Positions 1 to 16,800 of a stretch of 64,000 bases of DNA are shown in pieces. The position numbers were made by a program, and so were the translations under genes. Numbering within the stretch: position 1 is the stretch's first letter; every line of letters begins with the position of its first letter. The notes below the pieces were generated by a model, which ran no database searches, was not told the DNA's origin, and saw nothing but the letters and a program-made list of their open reading frames with translations. The DNA is from Squalus acanthias (Eukaryota): the NCBI GenBank assembly GCA_030390025.1, contig CM059432.1, positions 35,218,001-35,282,000 on the forward strand, written 5' to 3'.

Positions 1-399
1 ACAGAAACAGAGTGAGAGATAGAAATGGGGATAGAAGAGAGAGACAGAGAGAGAGAGAAAATGAGAGAAATACAGATATAGCAAGAGGAGAGGAAGAGTG
101 ACAGTCAGAGACTAAGAGAAATAGAGAGGCAGAGAGAGTGAGTGAGAGGAATATAGGTATAGATGCAGAGAAAGAGTATTATTGAGTTGTTGGGTGTGTT
201 TTGCTACCAATGAAGATGATCACTTAAAGGGAACATTGCTGGTGACCAATCTGCTCTCAGGAGGTGGGTCGGTCAGTAAAAGCTTTTAAGGAGGCTGTGT
301 ACCTCCATTTTAACAGGATTTTTATTTTTAACCCATGGAAGCTGGGTTTCCCAGCGTTCAGGAAACCCGGCAGGTAAAATGAGGCAGGTGGGGCCGGAT

Positions 400-1270
400 C
401 CATGATTTATCCAATTCCCTTTTGAAAGTTATTTATCCAATTCCCTTTTGAAAGTTACTATTGAATCTGCTTCCACCTTTCAGGTAGTGCATTCCAGATC
501 ACAACTCGCTGCGTAAAAAAAAATCCTCATGTTCTTTTGCCAATCACCTACAATCTGTGTCCTCTGGTAACCAACCCATCTGCCACTAGAAACAGTTTAT
601 CCTTATCTACTCTATCAAAACCGTTAGTGATTTTGAACACCTCTATCAAATCTCCTCTTAATCTTCTCTGCTCTAAGGAGAACAGCTTCTCGTCTCTCCA
701 CATAACTGAAGTCCCTCATCATCCTAGTAAATCTCTTCTGCACCCTCTCTAAGGCCTTGATATCCTTCCTAAAGTGTAGTGCCCAGTATTGAACACAATA
801 TTCCAGTTAAGGCCTAACCAGTGTTTTATGAAGGCTTGAACATAACTTCTTTGCTTTTGTACCCTATGCCTCTACTAATAAAGCCAAAGATCCTATATGC
901 TTTTTTTAAAAAAAAGACAGCCATCTCAATTTGTTCTGCCACCTTCAAAGATTTGTGTACATACACCCCAGGTCTCTCTGTTCATGCACCCCTTCTAAAT
1001 GTACCATTTAGTTTCTATTGCCTCTCCTCATTCTTCCTACCAAAATGTATCACTTCACACTTCTCTGCATTAGGTTTCGTCTGCCATGTGTCTGCCCATT
1101 TCACCAATCTGTCTATGTCCTCCTGAAGTCTGTTATTATCTTCCCCATTGTTGACTACATTTCAGAATTTCTGTAAATTTTGAAATTATGCCCTGCATAC
1201 CCAAGTCCAGGTCATTAATATAGATCAAAAAGAGAAGCGGTCCTAATACTGACCCCTGGTGGACACCACT
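400..1270 (-). mobile_element. CR1-type LINE 3' fragment (degraded)
   Basis: Reverse strand reads as CR1 ORF2 C-terminal motifs (LEQRRLRGDLIEVFKI-like) with stops and frameshifts; ends approximate. Confidence 0.75.
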
Positions 1271-1454
1271 GTATACCACTGAAGGTGGTGAGCCGCCTTC
1301 TTGAACCGCTGCAGTCCGTGTGGTGAAGGTATTCCCACAACGCTGTTAGGTAGGGAGTTCCAGGATTTTGATCCAGCGACGATGAAGGAACAGCGATATA
1401 CTTCTAAGTCAGGATGGTGTGTGACTTGTATTTGTATTTGCTGGCAGCTTCTTT

Positions 1455-3610
1455 CCCATGTGTGTTTTTTGAGGTTGTAACTAGCAGCATAGATAAGGGG
1501 GAACAAGTGAATGTGGTGTATTTGGATTTTCAGAAGCCATTCGATAAGGTGCCACACAATAAGTTATTAAACAAAATTAGGGCTCATGTGATTGGGGGTA
1601 ATATACTAGTATGGATTGAGGATTGATTAAAGGACAGAAACAGAGTAGGAATAAACGGGTCATTTTCGGGTTGGCAGGCTGTAACTAGTGGGGTACCGCA
1701 AGGATCAGTGCTTGGGCCTCAGCTATTCACAATCTATATCAATGATTTGGATGAGGGCACCAAATACAATATATCCAAGTTTGCTGATGATACAAAGCTA
1801 GGTGGGAATGTAAGTCGTGAAGAGGATGCAAAGAGGCTTCAAGGGGGTATAGACAGGCTAGGGTATAGACAGGCTAAGTGAGTGGGCAAGAACATGGCAA
1901 ATGCAATATAATGTGGAGAAATGTGAAGTTATCCACTTTGGTAGGAAAAATAGAAAAGCAGATTATTTTTTAAATGGTGAGAGATTGAGAAATGTTGGTG
2001 TTCAGAGGGACCTGGGTGTCCTTGTACACGAATCACTGAAAGTTAATATGCAGGTACAGCAAGCAATTAGGAAAGCAAATGGTATGTTGGCTTTTATTAC
2101 AAGAGAATTTGAGTATAAGAGTAAAGGGGGGGAAAATTCGGTTGGTTTGCACCTCCCGTTAGCGCCTTAAGAGGGCGCTAATGGGGCGCAAAACAACTAG
2201 CGCCTGGGTGCGGCGATGTTTGCGCCGCTCGCGAAATTGACCAGACATTTTGCGGCGGCGCTAAATACTTCCGCCACGATCTCCTGCACCCGCAGATCGT
2301 GACGTCAGTCGAGCGTGCAACGCCCCGGTAGTGCCCCGGACCAGATATTGAGTGGCGCCCCCTGCCTTACCGCCTGCCACTAGCAACGACAGCTATAGGG
2401 GAGCGTTTTGTAGTCGGGAAGGGACTGGGGGAGCGCTATTTAAAGGCGACCGCTTCCTGCCTTTTTTTGTCGGCGTCATTTTTGCACCACGCATTCTGAG
2501 TGAGAGAGAGAGACTTCTGGAGATATTCAACGCTGTGTTGAGGAGTTTTGGGTACTGAGCAGCACTTTGCAGGTTCATTTTGATTTGCCCTTCCTTGCAT
2601 CAATTTAGAAGAGACTATGGGGGCTGCACCCTGAGCTCTTTCCCTGGGCCTCTCCATTGTTCTTTCCAGCAGATTTGATGTACAGGTCTCTCCAGGCCGA
2701 GATTCAAGGCTGCAATGAGCAGGGTGTGGATGGAGAGCAAGATCGACCCTACCCTTTAAGAACTGGCCGGCGCCAGTGTGTCTGTGTTCCATTGCTGACT
2801 GACATCACATGAGCTTCGCCAGCGCTCTGAGGTACCGCCTCGCTCCTCGGTGTTAGCGCCTTAAGAGAGGTGTGTAGCGCCTGATTTAGCGCTCCAATCA
2901 CCTCCAGGGGCGATAGAAGCCAAGTTTGCAGTCGGAGGCGATAATTAGCGCCATGCGCTAAACTTTGCGCCCGGCCGATAATTGCGCCCCAAACGGGGCG
3001 ATACAGAATTTCTCCCCCAAGATGTCTTACTGCAATTATATAGGGCCCTGCTGAGACCACACCTGGAGTAATGTGTACAGTTTTGATCTCCTTACCTAAG
3101 GAAGGATATACTTGCCATAGAGGGAGTGCAACGACTGATTCCTGGGAAGGGGAGATTGTCCTATGAGGAGAGATTGAGAAGACTGGGCCTATATTCTCTG
3201 GAGTTTAGAAGAATGAGAGGTGATCTCATTGAAACAAACAAAATTCTTACAGGGCTTGACAGGGTAGATGCAGGGAGGATGTTTCCCCTGGCTGGGGAGT
3301 CTAGAACCAGGGGTCACAGTCTCATAATAAGGGGTCGGCTATTTAGGACTGAGATGAGGAGAAATTTCTTCACTCAGAGTGTGGTGAATCTTTGGAATTC
3401 TCTACCCCAGAGGGCTGTGGAGGCTCAGTCGTTGAGTATATTCAAGATAGAGATCGATAGATTTTTGGATATTAAGGGAATCAAGGGATATGGGGATAGT
3501 GCAGGAAAGTGAAGTTGAGGTAGAAGATCAGCCATGATCTTATTGAATGGCGGAGCAGGCTCAAGGGGTCGAATGGCCTACTCCTGCTCCTATTTCTTAT
3601 GTTCTGATGT
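1455..3610 (+). mobile_element. CR1-type LINE, 5'-truncated, interrupted by a MITE at 2127-3018
   Basis: ORF pieces [55 protein letters not shown]1 3' UTR (gatcagccatgatc...ctcctgctcctatttcttatg). Confidence 0.9.
2127..3018. mobile_element. Non-autonomous PIF/Harbinger-like MITE
   Basis: TIRs GGGGGGAAAATTC ... GAATTTCTCCCCC; 3-bp TSD AAG (2124-2126, 3019-3021); removing it restores the CR1 sequence gagtaaagatgtc; CpG-rich subterminal TTAGCGCC/GGCGCTAA motifs. Confidence 0.85.
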
Positions 3611-4062
3611 TATTTGATATCGTTATACGTTAGATGAGGGTTCACAGAGGCCGTACGGCAGAATGAATGGTCATCCACCCAGTCTCAGTTGGTGAGCAGG
3701 ATGAGCTGGATGGCAAAGGCTGGATTGGGGTTCACCAATTAGCACAGCATTCCAAAACATAGTCATGTAGTTAAATGGTTAATACCAATATTTGGAAGGG
3801 AGACTAGCCTTTAATGACCTCCCTTTTAGATGAGGTTGTACTTGTGTCATGTGATGCTGATTAGCTGGACTCCAATGCGGCATGAAGGAGGATATTGGGA
3901 CAATAAATAAATATCATCACTCACAGAGTAGGGTTGTAAGTGGTTAATTCACCTCTTCCTGGAGGTGGAGTAATTATACTTATCTGAGCGCTTTGGATGT
4001 AAGCTGATGTTTTATCTCCAACAAGTCTTTATTCTCTGTTAGTGATTTCTAGCCGGTTCTGA

Positions 4063-7610
<3,548 letters not shown>

Positions 7611-10600
7611 TTTGACTGTGCAAAATGTCTGTTGAAATGAGCTGCTTCAATTCTTCTGTGCTGGAACTTTGTGTATAGCAGCTGTTCCAATTCCAAGTTC
7701 CAAGTGAGGGACCTAGTGCATTTTTTTTGTGGTGGAGGGTACAGGAGGAGAATTCTGTGCTACAAAATCTGTTGTAATGAACTTTGACCTTGAGTATCTT
7801 GTCCACCATTGTCATTGCATTTTCCTCTTTAATATTTTCCATGTGAATTCATATCTTTGGATTTGTTGCATAATAAATGTTATAGTATCCATTGCTTTGA
7901 GTTGAATGTTTAACAATTGTTCAAGGTGCTGCCTTACACTGGCTTGATGTATACATTGGTACACGTAATACACTGCTATTGGAAGCTGCTGCTGACCAAT
8001 CTTAGTTTTCTGCAATTGATCCTTTGAAGCCTTCCATCAAAGTACTGATTGCCTGTTCCAACAGTGAAGCAGTCGCTTGGCTTGGAACTGGAGCTGATGC
8101 AGCCACCTAACGACATGTTCCTGAAGGGAGATATCCAGTTTCTGCTCCATTGCAGGTTCTGGGATTTATCTAGCCCTTTTATACTAATGATCAACAGGTT
8201 TTTTTGGGGGGTGGGGTAGCTGAGGGGACCCTTTGTTCCTTATTTATCCAACGTGTCATAGAAACATAGAAACATAGAATCTAGGAGCAGGAGTAGGCCA
8301 TTCGGCCCGTCGAGCCTGCTCCACCATTCAATACGATCATGGCTGATCATCCAAATCCAGTACCCTGTCCCTGCTTTAATCCCCACAGTACACACATCCC
8401 ACCCTACCCCCGTAACCCCACGTATTTAATTCCCCCTAACATATCCCATCCTATCCCCATAACCCCACATATTTAATCCCCCCCTAACACTAAGGGTCAA
8501 TTTTTTTATCCTAGGATGTATTGTGACTAGTAAATCCAGGGCAGTGGAACCAAATGGCTTTCCATTAACATCGCTGCCTAGAATAGATTGGGTTCTTTCT
8601 GCACTCTCAACCTCCTGGCCACATGCTTGGCTGTAATACTTGCCTTCCATGCAATTCTTTTGTCTCTGTGATTAAAATGCTGGGATCAAGTTGATTTCTC
8701 TTTCTTCCACCCCCCACCCCACCCACCAACCAAAGACCTCAGCCAGTTAATGGGGCTATAGCATGTTGATGCACATACAGTACTTGGACATATTGCAAAT
8801 AAAAATACTATTTGCAACAATAAAAATGTCATGTTTTGATCCATTTTTAGTCCTGAACTTATGTTTTTTCTTCAACTTGCTTCTCAAAGTTCTTTCAGGA
8901 ACCTAATAAAGCATCTGAAATAAATCTTGCTGTGGAAATTGCGTGTAAATATTTTGTTATAGTTAAAGCTTGAGTAAGCTTTTTCCCAATTGATATTTGC
9001 ATCTTGCCAAAATGTGCAGGGAACTTGAACTATGGGGCTGCTGCCCATTATTTGTTTGTTTGTCTTTGATGTTGAAATGTGGTCATATTAACCAAAACTT
9101 GGCGCTTGCATTCATATAGCTCCTTTCCTGACCTCTGGACGTCCCAAGCCAATGAATTAATGTAGTCGCAGTTGTAATGTAGGGAAATGCAGCAGCCAAC
9201 TTGCGCACAGCAAGGTTCCAAAAAACGGCAATGTAATAAATGGCCAGCTGAGCTGTGTTTGGTGTCGTTAGAGGGTTTAAATATTGGCCAGGCCGCTGGG
9301 AGAACTCTCCTTGAACAGTGCCTTTAGCAAGTCCTCTACCATTGGCTTTTGGTTCCTGCTTCCTTGCACATCCTTTTGAGTAATATACTGCAACTGGGGG
9401 TTAATTGTTAACCCTGGCCTGGGCACTCTATCCCATAGACATCTTGAATAAAGACCAAAGCGGAAGATGGGGGACTGGGTGTAAAAAGCGACAGATGGCA
9501 TTCAAGGTGAGGTGATGCATTAACGGCAGTAATTATACTCTGGTGGTATGCTTGATGCTGTGAAGGAGCAGAGGGATTTGGTGGGTACAGCTTCACAGGA
9601 TCTAAACTCAGCACCTCAGCTGCATTAAGGCCATTAGGTTTATTTAATGGAATTCTAGGTTTAATCTAATAGTACTTGTCTCTATCTGTGATCCTGTCTC
9701 TATCTCTGGCCCTGGAGAGGCTGGCTGGCTCCAGGTGGGTAGGCTTGCGGCACTGGGCCGCACAGAGGCGGGTGGGGGCTGGGGTCAGTCTCTGGGTGAT
9801 ACCTGGGGTGGGGGGGAGGAAAGAGAAGATCGTGGTCGGCCTCAGGATCATCAGTGGTGTGGAGGGGTTGGGCCGGAAAGGCTATCGAAGGCCTCGTGAG
9901 GGGGTCTGATCGTGGCGGGTGAGCTAGGCGGGAACCCTGGATCCAGGATGTAGGTGTAAAAGCACTTGCCTCCTGGATGCAGCTGTCCTCATCTTGCTGT
10001 AACTGCGGGGTTTTACGAGGTGTGTGTGTATATAACCCAACCAGCTACAGTTTAAAAACAAAATGGAGTTTAAAGAAGAGGCTTCCAGCCTCATTAAAAC
10101 ATTTAAATTGACATCCTGCCTCCTGGCAGCAGGTTGGCTGCCCGCCTCCGTTAAAACCGGAAGTAGGCGGGTTCAGGTCGGGATTCCGATGTTTTAACAA
10201 TTTCACTACACCCACGCTCCAAACCCACTTTTCTTTTAAGTTAAGATTCTCCCTAACATTCAAGATTAAATTGGATAGGTGGATAAAAGAACAGGGTGGG
10301 TAAATGTGATTAGAACTATTTGTTTGCATGGAGGGTAAACATTAATACAGACTGGTTGGACCAAATAGCCTGTTCCATGATTTAACCATTCTATAGGGCG
10401 GGGGAGTGGGGCTGGCTGAAGTGCTCTTGCAGAGAGCCAGCATGGGCTCGACAGGCCGAATGGCCTTCTTCTATGCTGCAGCTATTCTATGATTCTAACT
10501 TATGTATTGCTATATGTTTTTATAGAATCAGAATATTACAGCACAAAAGAGTGTGTGTTTGTGTGTGTGTGTGTGTGTACACAAACCCTGGTTCTTTTGT

Positions 10601-11364
10601 CAATTATTTTAAACCTGTGTCCTCTGGTTACTGACTCACCTGCCAGTGGAAACAGTTTCTGCCTCATAATTTTGAACACTTCTATTAAATCTCCCCTTAA
10701 CCTTCTCTGCTTGAAGGAAAACAATCCCAGCTTCTTCAGTCACTCCACATAACTGAAACGCCTCATCCCTGGTATCATTCTGGTAAATCTCCTCTGCACC
10801 CTTTCTATGACTCTTTTTGATTCACAAGAGACTCATTCTGCTTATAGGAGGTGTTGTAGAAGACTACAAATGTGAGAAAAAGCCTGAACTATAACCATAA
10901 TAAGCTATATAAATGGGATGCTTTCTTTTGGCATATGACTATGTGTCATCTTGACGTGTAAAAAAGTATGTATATTTCAGTGGTGTGAGTCAGGTGCCTA
11001 AATTTCACAGATACCAAAATAAACTACTTCTTTCAATTTGCTTGAAACCGCAGATTTACTTCAAAATGGATGCTGAGCAAAAACAAAATTCCAACACAAA
11101 ATTAAATAAAATCAACCCCCTGATCTCCCACAGCTCCCATATGCCATTGTGTTGTCACTGCTCCAGATTTCCTATGAACCAGATGATCTTTGGAGGCAGC
11201 AGGGCGCCTGAGGCAGCAAGATTGGAAGCACAAAATAAAACAGACAGTAGCAGAGCATCAAGAGCAACGGATGGGAAGGAAGACAAAATGGCTGCATGTA
11301 CTTCAGATGATGAAATGAAGACAATTTTACGTCGGCAGCTTACATAAAATCACATGTTAAAGAA

Positions 11365-11745
11365 GAAAGGACTTGCATCTATATAGCACCTTTCATGACC
11401 TCGGGACATCCCAAGAGGCTTCACAGCCAATGAAGTACCTTTGAAGTGTGGTCACTGTTGTAATGTAGGGAAACGCGACAGGCAATTTGCGCATAGCAAC
11501 GAGATGGATGATCAGATAATCTGTTTTAGTGATGTTGGTTGAGGGATAAATATTGGCCAGGACACCAGGCACAAATCCCCTACTCCTCTTTGAATAGTGC
11601 CATGGAAACTTTTACGTCCACCTGAAAGACTGTACATCCAACAGTGCAGCACTCCCTCAGTACTGCACTGGAGTGTCAGCCTAGATTATGTGCTCAAGTC
11701 TCTGGAGTGAGACTTGAACCCACAACCTTCTGACTCAGCGGCAAG
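11365..11745 (-). mobile_element. tRNA-derived SINE with Deu-like core (SacSINE1-like)
   Basis: Reverse strand has a B-box-like ggttcaagtctc, the core acactccagtgcagtactgagggagtgctgcactg and an L2-like tail; related copies at about 5060-5300, 9100-9330, 20370-20560, 61250-61390 and 63700-64000. Confidence 0.75.
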
Positions 11746-11829
11746 AGTTGTTTATCCTCCACGAGCAGCATGTGCTCACACAGTTCCTATATCCCTTTAT
11801 CCCCCTTTCCTTCAATCACCAATCTAACC

Positions 11830-13507
11830 TGTAGAATTCGCAAATTATCGCGATTTAAAAATAATGAGAAAGAGACATACAGTTTCGTAAAACGGCTTTA
11901 TTTCAGCAAAATGCTGTCAGGTTTCAAAACGGACACAAGCAGCCTGTAAAATGGCCGCCACACCTCGTGGCAGAAGGTTCTAGACTTTCAGTAGGCAGAC
12001 AAGATGGCGTTTCAATAAACATTTCAGCAAGATCGGACAGGACTCAGCATATTGAGATAAGACAAGACGAGATCGTTTTGCATTTTAACACCCAAGCAAG
12101 GAATATAAGTGCTGGAATCGGGTTTTCCATGCACAAATGAGAGCTATTGTACTGGGCAATCAAGGGGCCCATCCAAAGACATTGATACGCAAATTCCCCA
12201 CGGCTCTACGATGAGAGAGCCGTTCGCGGGTACTCACAGCAAGAATTCGGAGGCCCCCAAAACCCCTCCAGGGAGACTCCTAGCCGGTTCCACAAGGGGA
12301 GAAAAATTAACGGGTACTCAGACAGTTACAAGTATCACCGAAACCCATTAACGACAAGTACCACCCCATACAAGAAGTTTGAGCGCCAAAACATGACAAA
12401 AGATGAACATTAAGATTGGGCGGGAGATAAAGAATTACAGTCCTATAACTGTAGTAAACAAACGTCCATCTTTCTCTTGACTCTCTTGATTCGACCCCTG
12501 GCTCTCGTTTGCGGCCTACCGAGCTCTTGGTCCGCTGATCTTCCAGGAGTCAACCTCGTGGCTTGCCGCGAAGATCTGTGAAGAGCTGGGCTGCGAAGGC
12601 CGGTAAGCGGGTACACCATCCCGAGGGTCGGTAGACGGTGTAGGGACCCGAAGGCCCGACGAGACGAAACAAGACAAGAAGAAGAAGAAGACGACTGCAC
12701 GTGCCGCCGCGGTCAGTAAACCCCGACCACGCCCGAAAATATATAGACCATTTTTGAACTCTATAGGTTACTGCACGAACTGACGCAGGAAGACTTTTCT
12801 TCGAATTTTATCGAACTGGTGTCGATCTAGAAAGACTCTTCTTTGAATTCTACCGGCTAACTGGTGTCGGGCACAGGAAGACTCTTCTTTGAGTTTTATC
12901 AGAGTTCCGAGGTCAACACAGATCTTCATGACAGCAGACGGTCCAGCCTGCTAGCCGGAGCAAAGCGAGTAAACAAGTGGGGTACAGAGACCCCTGATCC
13001 ACACGTGAATAGTCAGGTGTTGTGGCGAAGACATCCGAGCAGCGTTTCGGAATTCTCCGAGTTATCACGAGTGGTGAGCATGAGTCTCGATCCTACAGAT
13101 CTAGATTAGGACAGGTATTGATAGGGGAGGGTTTTTGTTTTAAGGATAAATATAATGTGTGTCCCCTTTTACGATGTGTCGTGCGCTCCTCGTTTCCCTA
13201 AACCTAGTTTCCTAAATGTATGTAAGCTTGTACTGTCATTAATCTGTGCTTATGACATGTATTTCGTAATCTTGAACAATATGCAATAAAGATTTTCCAT
13301 TTCGTACTATTCAACCGGGTCTACCTGAGTTTTTCTCTGCATTATTGCTCTCGCACCTAAGTCAAGTGTCAGAACCGTAAGGGCGAGTGGGTCGAACCAC
13401 TCACAGGTGTCTAGTGCTACCAGGCTGGCTGGAGACCAGAACAGGCAACAAGGCCTAACCCCGCACTAGCACCCAGGCTAAGCACAGAGCCACGCGAACC
13501 CCTTACA
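11830..13507 (+). mobile_element. Long solo LTR (1678 bp) of an ERV or Gypsy-type element
   Basis: TGTAG...TTACA termini; 4-bp TSD AACC (11826-11829, 13508-13511); splits a CR1 tail (caatctaacc|tattcttaaatg); AATAAA at 13285-13290; CpG-rich; no retroviral coding remnant recognised. Confidence 0.8.
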
Positions 13508-13879
13508 AACCTATTCTTAAATGTTGACATGGTTTCTGTTTCAATCACAAACTCTGTTAGGGCATACCACAGCCTCACCAACCACCTGACCTTCTCCCTA
13601 GCGGTTCAACCAACCAAAAACCCAGTTGGCTCTCCAAGCCACAACCTTAAAACCGATCCATGGGCTAGCTGGCCATGCCTGAGGCTGGGAGCAGGTGGCA
13701 ACCACTATCCCCAAAAGCTTCCCAAATGCTAAGCCCACACATCACCTTCATTCCTTTACACTTGCATGACAACTTTCATGATTCCAGTACCCTGCTTATG
13801 GGTTTATGGAAAATCCAGAGACGTGTAGAATTCTTTAAATTCACGTAATTGAAAATGATCATCCAAACAATGAAAAGAA

Positions 13880-16800
13880 TAGGAACATAGGAACAGGAGT
13901 AGGCCATTTAGCCTGTTCCACCATTCAATTAGATCCTGTCTGATCTGTGCTCAACTCCATTTACTCCATATCCCTTGATACCCTTACCTAACAAAATTCT
14001 TATCTATCTCAGTCTTGAAAATTTTAATTGATCCATTTTAAACACCTCAATTAGATCACCGCTCAACATTCTAAACTCCAGAAATACAAACCAAGTTTAA
14101 GTAACCTGTCCTCATAATTTAACCTTTTAAGACCTGGTATAATTCTGGTAAATCTGCACCCATTTCAAGGCCAGTATATCCTTCCTGAAATTTGGTGCCC
14201 ACAGCTGTACGCCACATGGGGTCTGACCAAGGCTCTCTACCAAAATTCCCTGGATTCTGGAGAGGTCCAGCAGATTGGAAAACCGCAAATGTAACGCCAC
14301 TATTCAAGAAAGGAGGGAGACAGAAAGCAGGAAACTATAGGCCAGTTAGCCTAACATCTGTCATTGGGAAAATGCTGGAATCCATTATTAAGGAGGTAAT
14401 AGCAGGACATTTAGAAAATCATAAGACAATCAAGCAGAGTCAACATGGTTTTATGAAAGGGAAATCGTGTTTGACAAATTTGTTAGAGTTCTTTGAGGAT
14501 GTAACAAACAGGGTGGATAAAGGGGAACCAGTAGATGTAATGTATTTGGATTTCCAGAAGGCTTTCGATAAGGTGCCACATAAAAGGTGACTGCACAAGA
14601 TAAGAGCTCATGGGGTTGGGGATAATATATTAGTATGGATAGAGAACTGGCTAACTAACAGAAAACAGAGAGTCGGGATAAATGGGTCATTTTCAGGTTG
14701 GCAAACTGTAACTAGTGGGGTGCCACAGGGATCAGTGCTGGGGCCTCAACTATTTACAATCTATATTAAGGACTTGGATGAAGGGATCGAGTGTACTGTT
14801 GCCAAATTTGCTGATAATACAAAGATAGGTGGGTTAGCAAGTTGTGAGGAGGACACAGAGTCTGCAAAGGGATATAGATAGGTTAAGTGAGTGGGCAAAA
14901 ATTTGGCAGATGGAGTATAATGTGGAAAAATATGTGGTTATCCACTTCGGAAGGAAAAATGAAAAAGCAAATTATTAATTAAATGGAGTGAGACTACAAA
15001 ATGCGGCGGTACAAAGGGATCTGGGTGTCCTAGTACATGAAACACAAAAAGTTAGCATGCAGGTAATTAGGAAGGCTAATGGGATGTTGGCCTTTATTGC
15101 AAGGGGTATGGAGTATAAAAGTAGGGAAGTTTTGATGCAACTTTACAGGGCGCTGGTGAGACCGCACCTGGAATACTGCGTACAGTTTTGGTCTCCATAT
15201 TTAAGGAAGGATATACTTGCATTGGAGGCAATGCAGAGAAGGTTCACTCGGTTGATTCCTGGGATGAAGGGGTTGACGTATGATGAAAGGTTGAGCAGGT
15301 TGGGCCTATACTCATTGGAGTTTAGAAGAATGAGAGGTGATCTTATTGAAACATATAAGATTCTGAGGGGGATTGACAGGGTGGATGCTGAGAGGATGTT
15401 TCCCCTAGTGGGGATAGCTAGCATAGTTTCAGAATAAGGGGTCGCCCATTTAAGACGGAGATAAGGAGGAATTTCTTCTCTTAGAGGGTCGTGAATCTTT
15501 GGAATTCTCTACCCCAGAGAGCTGTGGAGGCTGAGTCATTGAATATATTCAAGGTAGAGATTGACAGACATTTGAACTACAGGAGAGTCAAGGGTTATGT
15601 GGAGAGAGCGGGAAAGTGGTGTTGAGTCCAAGATTGGATCAGCCATGATCTTATTGAATGGCGGGGCAGGCTCGAGGGGCCGATTGGCCTACTCCTGCTC
15701 CTGTTTCTTATGTTCTCTACAACTCAAGCATCACTTCCTCACTTTTGAATTCCAATTCTCTTGAGGTAAAGGCCAACATTCCATTAGCCTTTTTGATTAC
15801 TTTTTGTACCTGTGTAAGAGCTTTTAGTGATCTGTATATATGGACACCTAAATCTCTTTGCTTCTCCACAGTTCCTAATCTCTCACCATGAAGAAAATAT
15901 TCCGATTTGGGTTTGTTTTGATCCAAAGTGCATGACCTCAAACTTCCGCACATTGAACTGCATCTGCCATAGTTTTGCCCACTCACTTAATCTGTCTGTC
16001 TGCCTTTTTAACTTTCTATTCCCATCCACACAACGAACTGTGCTTCCTAACATAGTGTCATCTGCAAACCTGAATATACAATTCTCTATTCCTTCATCCA
16101 AGTTATTAATACATATGGTGAAATAGTGAGGCCCCAGTACAGATCCCTGGGGAACACTGCTTGCCATATCCTGCCAATCTGAAAACAAACCTTTAATCCC
16201 TATTCTCTGTCTCCTTCCTCCCAATCAATTACTAACTCTTGTCACAAGGTTCCATGCGCTCTCATTTTTGCTAAAAATCTCTTGTGAGGAACCTTATCAA
16301 ATGCCTTCTGGAAGTTCATGAGACAACATCCATAGACACTCTCCTATCTACCATACTAGTGAACACCTCAATTCAACTAGAATTAATCAGACATGACCTG
16401 CCCTTCACAAATCCATGCTGACTCTCTTTGATCAATTGATATGTGTCAAAGTGCTCAGTCCCGATGATAGATTCCAGTAACTTCCCCACTATAATCATGT
16501 TAACCTGACAGGTCTGTAGTTACCTGGTTTCTCTCTCCCTCCCTACTTAAATAATGGACTGACATTTTCAACTTTCCAATTGATAGGCACAATTCCTGAA
16601 TCTCAAGAGCTTTGGAAAATTATCACTTAATGAAACTGCAATTTCCTTATCTATTTCTTTTAATACCCTGGGGTGGTAACCATCAGGTCCTGAAGATTTG
16701 TCTATCTTAAATCCCATTATTTTCTCCATTACCATTTTTTACTTATACTAAATTCACTAAGTTCCTCCCCATGACTTATTTTTAGGTTTCCTTCTACCAC

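Noticed and set aside
3785..3795. CArG box upstream of actin copy 1
   Set aside because: CCAATATTTGG has seven A/T bases rather than six and has no counterpart in copy 2.
9660..10255. Another complete MITE
   Set aside because: One Harbinger-like end is visible near 10250, but I could not find a matching left TIR or TSD.
12655..12672. Hammerhead-like ccgacgag...gaaac in the long LTR
   Set aside because: The core deviates from CUGANGA and there is no room for stem II.
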